From NCBI GenBank assembly GCA_013265495.1, contig MU060707.1, positions 2,023,247-2,087,246 on the forward strand: a DNA stretch of 64,000 nt, read 5' to 3'. The stretch's first letter is position 1; each line of letters opens with the position of its first letter. Positions 46,901 to 57,013 of the stretch are shown here, piece by piece. The notes beneath the pieces are model-generated. The model was not told the origin of the DNA and searched no databases. It saw nothing but the letters and a program-made list of their open reading frames with translations. A program made the position numbers and the translations under genes. The stretch comes from Vicugna vicugna (Eukaryota).

Positions 46901-49900
46901 AGTAAAACTAAGACACTGCCGTCACCAAACGTTGGTGAGGATGGGGCGAGGGTGGGGTGAGGTCTAGAGTTCTCATACGCTGCTGGTGGGAATGCAAAAT
47001 GATCCAGCTGGAAAAGTTTGGCTGGTTATTTATAAAGTCAACACTATGCCTAGACAAGAGCCCAGCAACCCCACTGCCCGGTGTTTGTCCAAGAGAAATA
47101 AACGCACTTGTCCATAAAAAGACACGTGCAGGAAGGGTCACAACAGCCCCAACGTATTCAAATTCAAACACTCCTTCGTACGCGAATGTTCTCACATACA
47201 CAACTTCCCTCACAAAGAAGCTGCCAAAAGTGGTCTGTGATCAGGCCACCACCACCAAGGTCCTTGCTCAGCCCGACCGAGGGCTCCACCCTGGGTGCAG
47301 AGCTGGGCACTGCCTTTAAAGGGTGGGCTCCCCAGGGCCCTGGGTGGGGGTTTAGGGCAGGGGGATGACCGAAGATGAGTCAGCCGCAGCCCTGGGAGAA
47401 GGTTCTGCCCCTTAAAAATCCTTCCCCTAAATGGTCAGGGTGGGTGAAACCCCAGCATGGTCCCCAGCTGGCTTGGCACCGGAATCCTGGTCTGGAGGAG
47501 ACAGTGCTCTGTCTGGATCCCCAGTACAACTGGGGGCAAGTTTTCCAGGCTGAACACAATGAAAACAACACACTCGAGTCAGCAGCAACCTCCCCTCGCC
47601 ACTCTGCACACAAGGACGCTGCTACTTGAGCCAGAAATGCCGCCTTCCTGTCCCCAATGTGTCCCGCTGCAGGCCAAGCTCATCCCAGACCAGCCGGGTC
47701 CAGACCGCACTGGACTCAGATCCTCACAAGGGGCGATCGCTCTCCTATCCAGAGACTCACCCCTACCTCCGTTCTCGAAGGAGGAGAACAGGATTGGCAG
47801 GGAGCAGTTTACTGGGGGAAATGCTTGGGAACAGCATGATGAGACAGAGACGGAAGGAAGCCAGCTCAGGGAGTAGCAGGGAGCAGAGGGGGCACCTTCA
47901 GAACTGCGCTGGGGTGTCTCCCTGAGGGTTGGAGGCAGGGGCACCGCTCCCCTGGGATTTCCTTCCTACACTGCCACTATCAAGGGACAAGAGACTTCAG
48001 GCAGAAACCGGGAGGAAGCCCTGGCATCTGAGGCCTGTGGGTGCCTAGTGGGCGTGGGCAGAGGCTGACAGAGCCGGATAAAATCTCCTGTAGTCTTGCC
48101 CAAGACCCCAGGCCAGTCCCAGCCCTGCCCATCAGCCTGTGTCCCAGGCCCATTCCTACCTCGTCTTCCCACCCTGGCCAGATTCCATCCAGGTCCTCCT
48201 GTCCCTCCTGGGACTGTGACACTATCGTTTTAACTGATCTCTCTGCTGTCCGCCAATCTACCAGTCTCTCTGTCCCAACTCTGATCAGGTCCTTCAGGGG
48301 CTGGTTCAGGGCCCTGGAGTGCAGGTACCTGGGCCCAAACGTTCCCACCTCCCACCTGTGCATGGGCGGGGGCCTCCACAGACTAGCAAACTCAGCAATC
48401 TGCCCCACGCCTTTTGGCTCTCTGCCCTGCCCCTGAGGAGACTCGCGACCACGCAGAAGGGAGAGTCACTTGAAGAGCCCCACAAGGCTCTTTCACATTC
48501 CTTTGTCCTCTCAGGCTCAGGCACAGAGATGGGGTCAGAGGTCATGACAGCACTCTCCAGGGATGGTTAAGGGATGGCCCAGGTCACAGGGTATGGCAGC
48601 TTGCCACAGCAGGCCCGGCCCACTGTGAACTCAACGGACACGTCAGGGGTCGGGCAGGGGACTGACCGGTGAAGCTGTGGGGCCCAGCATGGACGGAGGC
48701 GTCCATGCTCTCCTGGAGCTGCGGAAGGTCCCCTCCCGCCTCCAGGGAAGGCCCTGGGTTTCCTCCAGCCTCCACCTTCTGGGAGGATTAGGTTTCTAGG
48801 GCACCGGCTTTCCAGACACACCCAGTTCCTGAAAGCAGGCACTGGTAGCTGGACCTGAGGCGTGAACACAGTTTGCAGGGCCCTCTGTCCACTGGCGACC
48901 AGGGCCCAACTCGAGTGAGTGAGAGTCACCGGCTGCCAAGCCACCCCAGTGTCTGCGCTTCCAGAGCAGGTCTGAGCCCGGAGGCTCCCCCGACCACGGT
49001 GCCTCAGGGGACGCTGAGGACCTCGGTCCCTCCACTCCTGCACCTACTCCTGGCTGGCCCGCGGATCCAGCAGTGAACCAACGACTCCACGCAATGGCGA
49101 CAGACCACCAACGCAGGAACGGTGGGGACCGCCCTGCGCAGCCTTCAAGGCTCCTTTCCACCCAGAGGAATGTGGCCCTAACCTACAGTCCATCTCTCAT
49201 CACGCCCTTGTCCCTCCTCCATCGAAGTACGATGTTGTGACATTCCTCCCTTTATCTGCCTCAGTCTGGAACACTTTCCCTACCTCTGGGTCACAGATAA
49301 CCTTATAATTATCTTTCAACGCTCAGGCAAAGTCTGCCTCCTCCAAAACGCCTTCCCTGATGCTCCCAGATGGGAATGAGCTCTCCCAGCCCACTGCCCT
49401 TATTCCTGTCGCTCCTGTATTGCAAGGTATTCTCACACCCACAGAGCCCCTCAGCAAGCAGGCCCCACGGAGGGCAGGGCCCAGGCCGATCCGCCTCTGC
49501 AGCCTACGAACATCCCAAAAGACCGGCGCATGTCAGACCCTGAGAGCCACAGCACCCAGACAGCCTAGTGGGCCCTTTAGCTGATTCTCTCTGAAACCTC
49601 AAAACGCCCCCTAAAAGAAGGTAACCTCAGGACCCCGTTTTACAGGCAAAGAAATTGGGCAGAGACACGGACTGACGTGCTGAAGGTCCCCAGGCTGGTA
49701 AGTGGTGGTGCTGGGACCTGAACTCAGCTGAGAACCTTCACTCCTCTTGCTTTTACTCACCCACAGCGGGTACCACTGTCAGCCTTAACTCAGGGAACAG
49801 AGGGCGGCACCAGCCACAGCTACCACCTGGGAACCGTGTGGAAAGGACCGAGTGGTTCAGCGGCAGGGCCAGGCGGCCGCGCCCAGAACGGCTTCCCTTC

Positions 49901-52900
49901 TGCCCCCAGCTCAGCACTCCCCACCGCCTCCCACCAATGAAGCAAGCCCAGCCCTAAAACAGGGGACCACGAGGGCTCCCCATGGGACACCCACTGGACA
50001 CAGGACGCTGCCACCTCCCTCCCTGTCTCCCCTTTCTCTGCCTGCCCAGGGCTGCCCAAGGCCTTCTGAGCAGGCACAAGGGGAGACTTTGGGGGCGACT
50101 GCCTAGGTTCGGGTCACAGCACCCCCTGGGACTTCAGTGTCCTTGTGCCTAAACAGAGAAAGTAGCCACTCAACAGGGCAGTCGTGAGGACCAAGGCAAA
50201 ACGTGCACCATCAGGTACCAGGCGACCCTCCATGGACACCTGTGAACTAACCCGGGTAATAGTATCATTCTCCCCACCCCCACAGCTGTGGACACTGAAC
50301 TGGCCAAGTGCTCGGCCACTGCCCGACACAAAATGTGCTCCACAAAAACCAGGTATGATGCTAGGGGCAGAGCCCGGGGCTGGTGCTGGGCGGGAACCGG
50401 CTGGTGCTCCGGGAGCAAGCCTGGGACACCTATGCTGAGAGGTGCACATCGAGTCTGTGGCAGAGGGGCCGCGCTTTTCTAGGAAGACCCTGCACAGCAG
50501 AGATGAGACCTGTGTTGGAAGCTACAAGCAAGCCGACCGAAGCTGGGGTGCAGGTCCATGCGGGGCATCAGCACCTTGGCCAGGGAGATGTCACCACTGA
50601 GACTTCGGAGAAGAGGAAAGGGCCCTTTCAACTTCAGGGTCTCCTCGCCAACTGTGGTGAGGCCCATTAGGGGATGGGGTGGGGATCTGGGTGAGCAGGG
50701 TCAACTGCTACAGTGCAACCAGGAACAGGACCACCTCTTCACTGGCCTCATGAGGCCGCAATCTTTTCTTTCACTTCAAAGGTGGCTTTTATATCCCTCC
50801 CCTAGGAGGGTAAGAAATGTACCAAAATGACCCCGAGCATCCATAACAGTGCTGAGAGAACACAAGTTAAACTTCTTCCAACCTCCACGCACGTGTTCCC
50901 TGTCTAGACTCTCCCCATCTCTGCTGTCTCAATTGCCTTCCTGGAGAACTCTTACTCACCCTCCAAAACCCAATTCAAAAGTGCCCTTTCTCCAGAAGCC
51001 TTCCCTGCAGCTCTGTGGCACAGCTGATCCTTCCGTCTTGTTCCTAAAGCACTCAGGACACTCCTAAGTGCTTAGTTGAGTGCATTAGAACCTTACCTAC
51101 CAGCGTTCTGCAGTTGCTACTACCGACACTTTGGGCTGGATAACGCTTTGCTGGAGGACAGCCCTGAACGTTGTAGGATGTTTGGCAACATCCCTGGCCT
51201 CTACCCACTAGATACCAGTAGCACAAAAACATCTGCAGACATTGCCAACTATCTCAGTGGGGTGGGGGAGGGGAGGGACTGCCTCACTAGATCTCATCTC
51301 GGGCGCCGTGGCCGTGGGCAGGGCCCGGCAGGATGAGGAATGTGTGTGGGAAACACTGAGAACCAAGGGTGCCAGGTGACGATGTGGGCATCCTTGAGCA
51401 GCTTCCTAACTGGTCTCCCTGCCTCACACCTTCCACACCCCCTCTCTACTGACCTGACCTCACTGTGCATCTGCTCAATATTTTCCTGGTGCTGGTGGCC
51501 TCGGGGCAGGGCTAGGCTGTTCCAGGGCTGCCTGACCCCCAGCACCAGGGCCCCCCACCCTCTCCTGCCTGCTCATCACTCCCCTCACCCCAGTACTCCA
51601 GCCACGAAACTCCACAACCTGTGTGGGACCCTCTGGCTGCCCCTGCTCCGCCTGACTGGTCCCTTCCCAGCCCCCAGCTCCTCAGACCCCCCCACCTCCG
51701 CGTGAGAACGCCTCTCGGCCTGTCTCCTCCTCTCAGCATCAGTCCCGGTTGCCCTGCAAGACTGTCTTGGTGAGGACAGGCTTTTGTCAAGATGTCTCTG
51801 GAACCTGGCGTAGGCTTCGCTACAAAGCAGATGCTTGATAAATACTTATAACAAGATTAACTTGGGCTCAAACACAGGAGGGGGAGAAGGGAGGTGGGAG
51901 AGAAATGACAAGTGCCTGCCTGGAGCCTGCAGACACTCAGGGAGCACCACCACGACAGCTAAAGCACCAGAGGGTCACTGGCCCCAGAACCAGTGAGGCC
52001 CGTGCCCACCACTCAGGCCCCACACAGCTTGGGGGGTCTTCTCGGAGCCTCAGCTTCCTCACTTGTTAAAGGTCAGACCACAGGCCCTGAGCTGTCTCCT
52101 GGCCCTTGACCCCACATGTGTGCTGCCTGGGCCTTAATCAAACATGCCACTTCCTTCTGTCACCCTGGGGCCCATTTCACCCCCGCCCAGGGCGGCAGGC
52201 TCCGCGCAGGTGGGGCCGGTGTGTCTGCCCTGGGCCTGTGGCAGGGACTTGGAGGCATGTGCAATGGGACAGAAGGGAAGAGGTCAGTCCTTCTCCAGCC
52301 ATCTGTCCCTTCACGTACACACCCCCGCCCCCACCTGTAGGGGAGGCACAGGTTGTCCTTCCGCCCATGACAGGCAGATCATTCCACATGAAACTCAGTG
52401 CTCAAGTTCAACATCCCCCAACCTGGTTGATACCTTGTTCAAGGAGATGAGCCCACTGTGCTGAGCTTGGAAGCAGCAACGTCTAACTGCTGCAAACACT
52501 GGGCTCCGAATTTAACTTCAGATGTAGCATTTTTTTTTTCAAATATACATATATTTTAGTTCTGGAATCTAGAGACTGAGTATTTTAAAAAGCAACTCCA
52601 AACTTGCTCTTGCAGCAAATCTGCTGGCTGCTTCTGGCAGCTTGGAGGGGCCTATGGTAGGAGAATTATTTACCAAAGCTATTCTCCGGGGAAGTAGTCC
52701 TGGGCAGTTTAGAACGAGAGGCTCCTTCACAGCGACTGGGAGGAACCTTCCCAGACTTGGGGGCGGGTGGCGGCCAGGGATGACGCGGGCCTCAAGGGAA
52801 GACTGTATCAGGTTCCTTCCTTCTGGAACACCTTTTTGGTCAGCCACATCACTGCATGCTTTTAACTCTGGAGAGAATTTCCTCTCCAAGGTGGGGCAAT

Positions 52901-55900
52901 CTTTTTTCTTTTTTCTATAAGCTTAAGAACTGCTGCACTGCTGGGTTCGCAAAACAACTTTTAAGGCAACAAAACAAATGACAGCGGTGGCTCCAAATGG
53001 GAAGTCAGTAAGGGTCTGCTTGGTGTGAAAAAAGGTGACTGCCACAAAACTTAAGTCCAGCAGCCTGACCTGGGCCCAGCCTTTTTCACTTCCACGCAGT
53101 AAAAGCTTCAGTGGCTGCTCACTGTCTCCACCGCACAGCCCAGCTTTCAAGGCCTTTCAATCAACAAATGACTTACTGAGCAACTACTTGGTGCCAGGCA
53201 CCGCGCTAGGTCAGGATGTAGCAGGTCAGGTAGCAGGTGGCTGCTCTGCTCGCTGGCCAGCTCCCTGTGTGCCGTGAGCACCGAGGGGCAGGGAAAGCCA
53301 GGATAGGGTGCTGTTTAGGAGGGGCCACAGCCACAAGGAGATGTCTAAACAGAAACCTAAAGGAAAAGGGGAGTGAGCCATGAAGCTACTTGAGGAAAGA
53401 ATATAGAGCGAAGGCCGCAGCAAAGCCCTTGTCCTGAGACCGACCTGCGGCATGTTCTAGGGAGAGCTCGGACACCCGGGAGCCCGGAGCCGGTGGGAGG
53501 AGGGGGGCCGTTGAGGTCAGATCGGAGGTGCGCGGCGGGATGGCGAGGCCCTCTCAGCCTCGGTCAGGGAGAGCAGAGGAGCGCCCCAATCTCGTATTTT
53601 CATGTAACAGCAGACTGGAGGAGAGCCAGGGTGGAAGCAGGGACACTTGTTTGGCTTTTCGCTTTTGCAAACCAGGTGAGAGGGCGGTGGCTTGGATGAG
53701 GGTGAAAGTGGAAGCAGTGAAGCCCTGCGAGATTCAGAAGCCCTTTGCAGACTCACCAGGATTCACTGAAGAACTAAGTGAAGCACGGAAGAGCAGGGGG
53801 ACCAGTGAGAAGTCCATGGTTGGGGCCCGAACAGCTCAAGGCATGGTGTTGCCATTAGGGGGAAGGACATGGGGGAAACCCAGATGTGGCCTGGGCATGC
53901 TGAGAACGAGCTGCCAATCAGATATCTGTTGGACACGCCTCCATCTAGTCCCAACCTCTCTTTCCTGTCTCTCCCTACTCCCTGAACCTGTATTCCAACC
54001 AGACTGTATTCCTTCCTATTTCCGGAATGTTCATGAGGAATCACGTCTTTTTCCCAGGGGCACTGTGCCCTAATAAACATTGCACCCACCTTTACTCAAG
54101 CACCAAGGGTTCACCCCCAACTAACAAAAGCCTAAATGCCTGACGTGTGCCCAAAGCAGGGAGGGAGGAACAATTAGCAGCACCTTGATGCTGCCCTGGC
54201 CCGGCAGGAACTTACAAACAGATAGGAGAGAAAGCAGATGCGCCCTGGAAAGAGAAGGGTAAACTCTGGGGTACTGATAATGAAAAGCTCAGAAGGACTA
54301 GAGAGGGTTCCCCAAGTCAGGGAGTGCCTCCAGCAAAGAGGGTGCTTGTCGGTGGCTGCAAACAGCTTCTCCTTTGGAAACAGCTCCAGTTAGTGGCTGT
54401 CTTCGTCTCACTGGGCCTGACCCCTCTTCCAAGCAACACGCCCACTGCGGGGGTCAAAGGGGATGCTGCAGGTAAGGGCCTTTCGTGATACTAGACACAC
54501 AGCAGGTCTTCATGTGGGGCCTCTGGTCTGGAAGTGAGCGCAGCCGGCCACGACGTGCGTGCGCCTTGTGAGGGGCAAGCCCACGTGCTCCCTCTACTGC
54601 CCCGTGTCCCCGAGGCTGCACGTGCCCACTGTATTTGACAGACTACTAGTGAGTCTCTGCCTGGGGCCCTCACAACTTTTATTTCCTCAGTATCTCAGCA
54701 CCTCCCTGGAGACCTCCAGATCTTTACTATCTGTGTCCCTGGTGATGTTCTCCCTGTTCTGCGGGAGGCAGGACCAGCTTTCTAGGAATCCGTGTCTAGC
54801 AGAGGAGCTGTTAGCACCTTCAAAGCAGTCACACTCACCCACCCCCTCAAGTGAGGTGCCGGGCAATCCTGGGAAGGGCAGAAACTGCCACGTGGAGCTC
54901 CGTCTTTCCGCAGAGGGACGATAGTGGCTGGCTGGCTTCACCAGAGATGGGGGCAGAGCCAGCACATGCAGACCACAGAGCCTTCTCCTCTCACAGGCAA
55001 GGAAACTGAGGGGCCCTTCACTCCCTCAGCCAGCTCTGAGGTTCCTGAGAGCAAAGACGTCTCAGAAGCGACAATTCCAGTCCCCCAAAGGTAAGAACGC
55101 ACAACACACGTGGATTTAAGTTGACATCCCCGGGGAGCGTCGCCAGTCAAAATTATCCACCTACATACTTTGCACAAGGCTCAGTCTCAAGCTCAGAACC
55201 GCCCCCCCCCACACCCTGAGTTGGGCATGTTGGTACCTCCGGCTTCCATCCCCCACTCCACCACTCAGGCTAGGGAAGGCAGAAGAAAGATTTCAGTGTG
55301 CAATCCCCGCAGCAGCGAGACTGACAGGCAGACTGGGTCATTTCAATAATTACAGGGAAGTGACAAAATTTTTGAGGATTTCCCAAGGAATGGTCTCTAG
55401 AAGCCTTCTCAGCCTGGGTACAGGATGCCTGAGCAAATATTCATGGGTATAAACGGGTTCCTGATTTTGCCCTGGGACTCAGATCTGCAGGGGGATGATC
55501 AGGCTGGAGTGCAGAGGCCTGGGTGTGAGTCTGGGCTCTGCCACACCGAGACCTTGGATGTTAAATGATTAAACGTAAGTGCCATTTACCAAGTAAGTGC
55601 TGGCTATGTGCCAAGCATGCTGGGCTGCAGGGACGCATCTCACTCCATGGGCCTTGGCAGCCAGGGTATGTGGGGGCAGTCACATGTTAACGCCTCCATT
55701 TTACAGATGAGGAAACGGGCTCAGAGACGCCCAAATAACCAACCATCCCAAGGTCAAGCAGCCGCTGACCGGGTCTGTCTGATCTCTCAAACTCAGAGCC
55801 TTATTCTCACCAACTGAACTAATGTGAGCCTCAGTTTCCCCACGGAAAGAGAATTGGGCCCGGATACATTTGAAACTCTCTTCCTGGGCTTCCGAGGTGT

Positions 55901-56637
55901 GGTCCCAAGGCTGAGGGGGTGTGGCGTCCTCTCCCCAGGCCGCTGGGCCGGAGGTGAGGGGGTGGAAGGGGAGGGAGAATAAACCACACTGCTGCGCCCA
56001 GGGAAGGAACAGTCGTCTGGTGGGGGGAAGGGGGTGGGTACTCACGTCGATGTTCCTTAGGATGACGCACTTTCCATTGGTGTAAAGAAAATTGTTGCCC
56101 TTGGGGTCACCGCCGATGATTTTGGAGACACCCCTCTCCACCTGGGGGAGGCTGGCGAACACCTTCTCTGCAGAGACACAAATGCAGCAGGGCATATGAG
56201 GGGCAGCCCCTGCCTCGGCCCTCGCCAGGCTGAGGTCGGAAGGGAGGGAATGGGGGAAAGGAGAGGGGCCCTGGACCGGTCTTAGCCGGTCACCTGTTGC
56301 CTCCACCCGGAGGGGCGGCCGCCACTTTAAAGGAGCGCCGAGGACCGCGCGACTTCCTGGTCCGCGGTCCCCACCAGGCCGTTCAGGGATGCGGGGGCTC
56401 CGCCGGGCCCGGACTGCATCGCCAACTTTGGGGCGCCCCTCCGGCCGGGGATCGCCGCCCAGAGCTCCCGAGGGCGGCGGGGCGCTCACCGGCCGGCGCC
56501 GGCACCCCTCCCCCGCGCTCGGGGACCCCGCTGGGCCGCCCGCGCCCAGGGCCCGGCCGATGGCCGAGGGGGCCGGGCTGGGCAGGCGCCCACCCCGGGG
56601 GCACCGGGCCGCGGCACTTACTGATCTCGTACGGCAT
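16874..56637 (-). CDS. WDR1: WD repeat-containing protein 1 (AIP1), 15 coding exons, 606 aa; span of the spliced CDS
   Basis: Exon lengths 16+122+91+148+181+78+81+234+88+157+88+111+174+145+107 = 1821 nt. The spliced translation runs [29 protein letters not shown]...[12 protein letters not shown]-stop and matches mammalian WDR1 throughout with no frameshift or internal stop. There are 13 GT-AG introns and one AT-AC intron. Confidence 0.99.
17361..17445 (+). mobile_element. Vic-1-like SINE with a 13-bp target-site duplication, in WDR1 intron 14
   Basis: AAAATGGGGCGAC at 17347-17359 and 17442-17454 flanks a tRNA-like body and A-tail. Confidence 0.9.
18195..18504 (+). mobile_element. MaLR solo LTR (MLT1A-like) in intron 14
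   Basis: tgctgtggtctgactgtcggtgtcccc...ggaggtggggccttcggga...aacacactaaggca. Confidence 0.82.
18748..18892 (-). CDS. WDR1: WDR1 exon 14 (145 nt)
   Basis: cag|GAGAACAAC...ATCCAAG|gtgagt; [48 protein letters not shown]. Confidence 0.98.
19580..19960 (+). mobile_element. Old L1MC-like 3' end in intron 13
   Basis: aattaataatatgtaagctgaagtgttaatggagaaacgtacagatgcc...ttgactctgctgtcaatttc. Confidence 0.55.
20498..20671 (-). CDS. WDR1: WDR1 exon 13 (174 nt)
   Basis: cag|GATGGGAAC...TACTCG|gtgagt; [35 protein letters not shown]...ADGYS. Confidence 0.98.
22696..22806 (-). CDS. WDR1: WDR1 exon 12 (111 nt)
   Basis: tag|ATCGTCCTG...GGCGCG|gtaagg; [37 protein letters not shown]. Confidence 0.98.
25595..25725 (+). 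mobile_element. MIR
   Basis: ttcaaatcccagctctgcc...cctctgagccttggtttcctc. Confidence 0.65.
25885..25972 (-). CDS. WDR1: WDR1 exon 11 (88 nt)
   Basis: cag|CGGACAGGG...GGGCAG|gtactg; [29 protein letters not shown]. Confidence 0.98.
27139..27295 (-). CDS. WDR1: WDR1 exon 10 (157 nt), begins after a U12 AC acceptor
   Basis: ttccttaaccctccgccccac|ATTACTGGGAT...GACTACAG|gtgaga; [29 protein letters not shown]...RDY. Confidence 0.97.
27296..28911 (-). other. WDR1: WDR1 intron 9, U12-type (minor spliceosome) AT-AC intron, 1616 nt
   Basis: Donor ATATCCTTTG at 28911-28902; branch motif TTCCTTAAC at 27316-27308; terminal AC at 27297-27296; no pyrimidine tract ending in AG at this junction. Confidence 0.96.
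28912..28999 (-). CDS. WDR1: WDR1 exon 9 (88 nt), ends at a U12 AT donor
   Basis: tag|GGTCACAGC...CACATTA|atatcctttg; [29 protein letters not shown]. Confidence 0.97.
29790..29965. mobile_element. MER5-like hAT MITE remnant
   Basis: ttctaacaagc...gtgattctgatgca...cagaatcacctgggag. Confidence 0.5.
31449..31682 (-). CDS. WDR1: WDR1 exon 8 (234 nt)
   Basis: tag|ATCAGCTGG...ATCAAG|gtgagg; [25 protein letters not shown]...[11 protein letters not shown]. Confidence 0.98.
31999..32079 (-). CDS. WDR1: WDR1 exon 7 (81 nt)
   Basis: aag|ATCTACATC...TATGCC|gtacgt; [27 protein letters not shown]. Confidence 0.98.
32435..32512 (-). CDS. WDR1: WDR1 exon 6 (78 nt)
   Basis: cag|GACCACAGC...GGCCAG|gtgagg; [26 protein letters not shown]. 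Confidence 0.98.
33318..33570 (+). mobile_element. MaLR LTR 5' part (MLT1B-like) in intron 5
   Basis: tgtgatgggctgagctgtgtcc...caagttaagatgag...ccacgtgaagatggaggcagagact. Confidence 0.8.
35145..35280. repeat. Degenerate C-rich low-complexity tandem repeat
   Basis: Recurrent (c/t)attacc(t)cccca-like units. Confidence 0.5.
39426..39606 (-). CDS. WDR1: WDR1 exon 5 (181 nt)
   Basis: aag|GTTCGGAGCC...ACAATTGGC|gtaagt; [36 protein letters not shown]...KFTIG. Confidence 0.98.
40687..40834 (-). CDS. WDR1: WDR1 exon 4 (148 nt)
   Basis: cag|ACATATCTGGG...AGGGAGAA|gtgagt; [49 protein letters not shown]. Confidence 0.98.
44926..44957. repeat. Compound microsatellite (CG)7(CA)7 within a 32-bp alternating purine-pyrimidine tract
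   Basis: gtgcgcgcgcgcgcgcgcacacacacacacat. Confidence 0.95.
45295..45385 (-). CDS. WDR1: WDR1 exon 3 (91 nt)
   Basis: cag|AACCCGGCC...TCTGGAG|gtacct; [30 protein letters not shown]. Confidence 0.98.
46790..47200 (+). mobile_element. Old L1M ORF2 3' fragment in intron 2
   Basis: aaacgttggtgaggatg...ctcatacgctgctggtgggaatgcaaaatg...ccagcaaccccactgcccggtgtttgtccaagagaaat. Confidence 0.8.
51125..51250 (-). mobile_element. MER20 fragment
   Basis: gtaggatgtttggcaacatccctggcctctacccactagataccagtagcac. Confidence 0.85.
53150..53780 (-). mobile_element. L2 3' end remnant
   Basis: ttcaatcaacaaatgacttactgagcaactacttggtgccaggcac tail, followed by L2-like purine-rich body. Confidence 0.65.
55670..55770 (-). 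mobile_element. MIR core
   Basis: ccattttacagatgaggaaacgggctcagagac...cccaaggtca. Confidence 0.75.
56046..56167 (-). CDS. WDR1: WDR1 exon 2 (122 nt)
   Basis: cag|AGAAGGTGTTC...AACATCGAC|gtgagt; [13 protein letters not shown]...VILRNID. Confidence 0.98.
56622..56637 (-). CDS. WDR1: WDR1 exon 1 coding part (MPYEI)
   Basis: ATGCCGTACGAGATCA followed by donor GTAAGT. Confidence 0.97.
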
Positions 56638-56879
56638 CCTTGCCCACTTGTTACCGCGCCGCGCTCGCCGAGAGCCTCCGGGGCCGCGCGCGCCGCGAAT
56701 CAGACCTGGCCGAGGCCGAGCCGGGAACAGGGGCCGAAAGGCGGCGCCGGGCGTGCCGGGCGCGGAGGGGGCGGTCCGAGGCCGGGTCTCCGAGGCCGGC
56801 TCGCGCCCTGCCCTGCGCGCTGCCGCTGCGGACGCGCCGAACCCGGAAGCGCGGCCCCGCGCGCGGCTCGCCCCCAGCT

Positions 56880-56897
56880 TTGACCATATATAGTCAA
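56880..56897. promoter_or_regulatory. Near-palindrome TTGACCATATATAGTCAA with CArG-like core CCATATATAG (56884-56893) that reads TATATAT on the gene strand
   Basis: One mismatch to CC(A/T)6GG; about 250 nt upstream of the ATG; the only clear AT-rich spot in the island core. Confidence 0.6.
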
Positions 56898-57001
56898 GCA
56901 CTCAGCTCGGCGGCTGCGGCCCCGGGGAGCCTGCGCGGACCTGGTCGCGCCCCTCCCCCGCGCCCCACCCCCCGCAGGGCCCCGCCCAGAACGCCCCGCC
57001 T

Positions 57002-57013
57002 CCGGAAGTGACG
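57002..57013 (+). promoter_or_regulatory. ETS-CRE composite motif CCGGAAGTGACG
   Basis: ETS core CCGGAAGT overlapping the CRE half-site TGACG, inside the promoter island. Confidence 0.55.
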
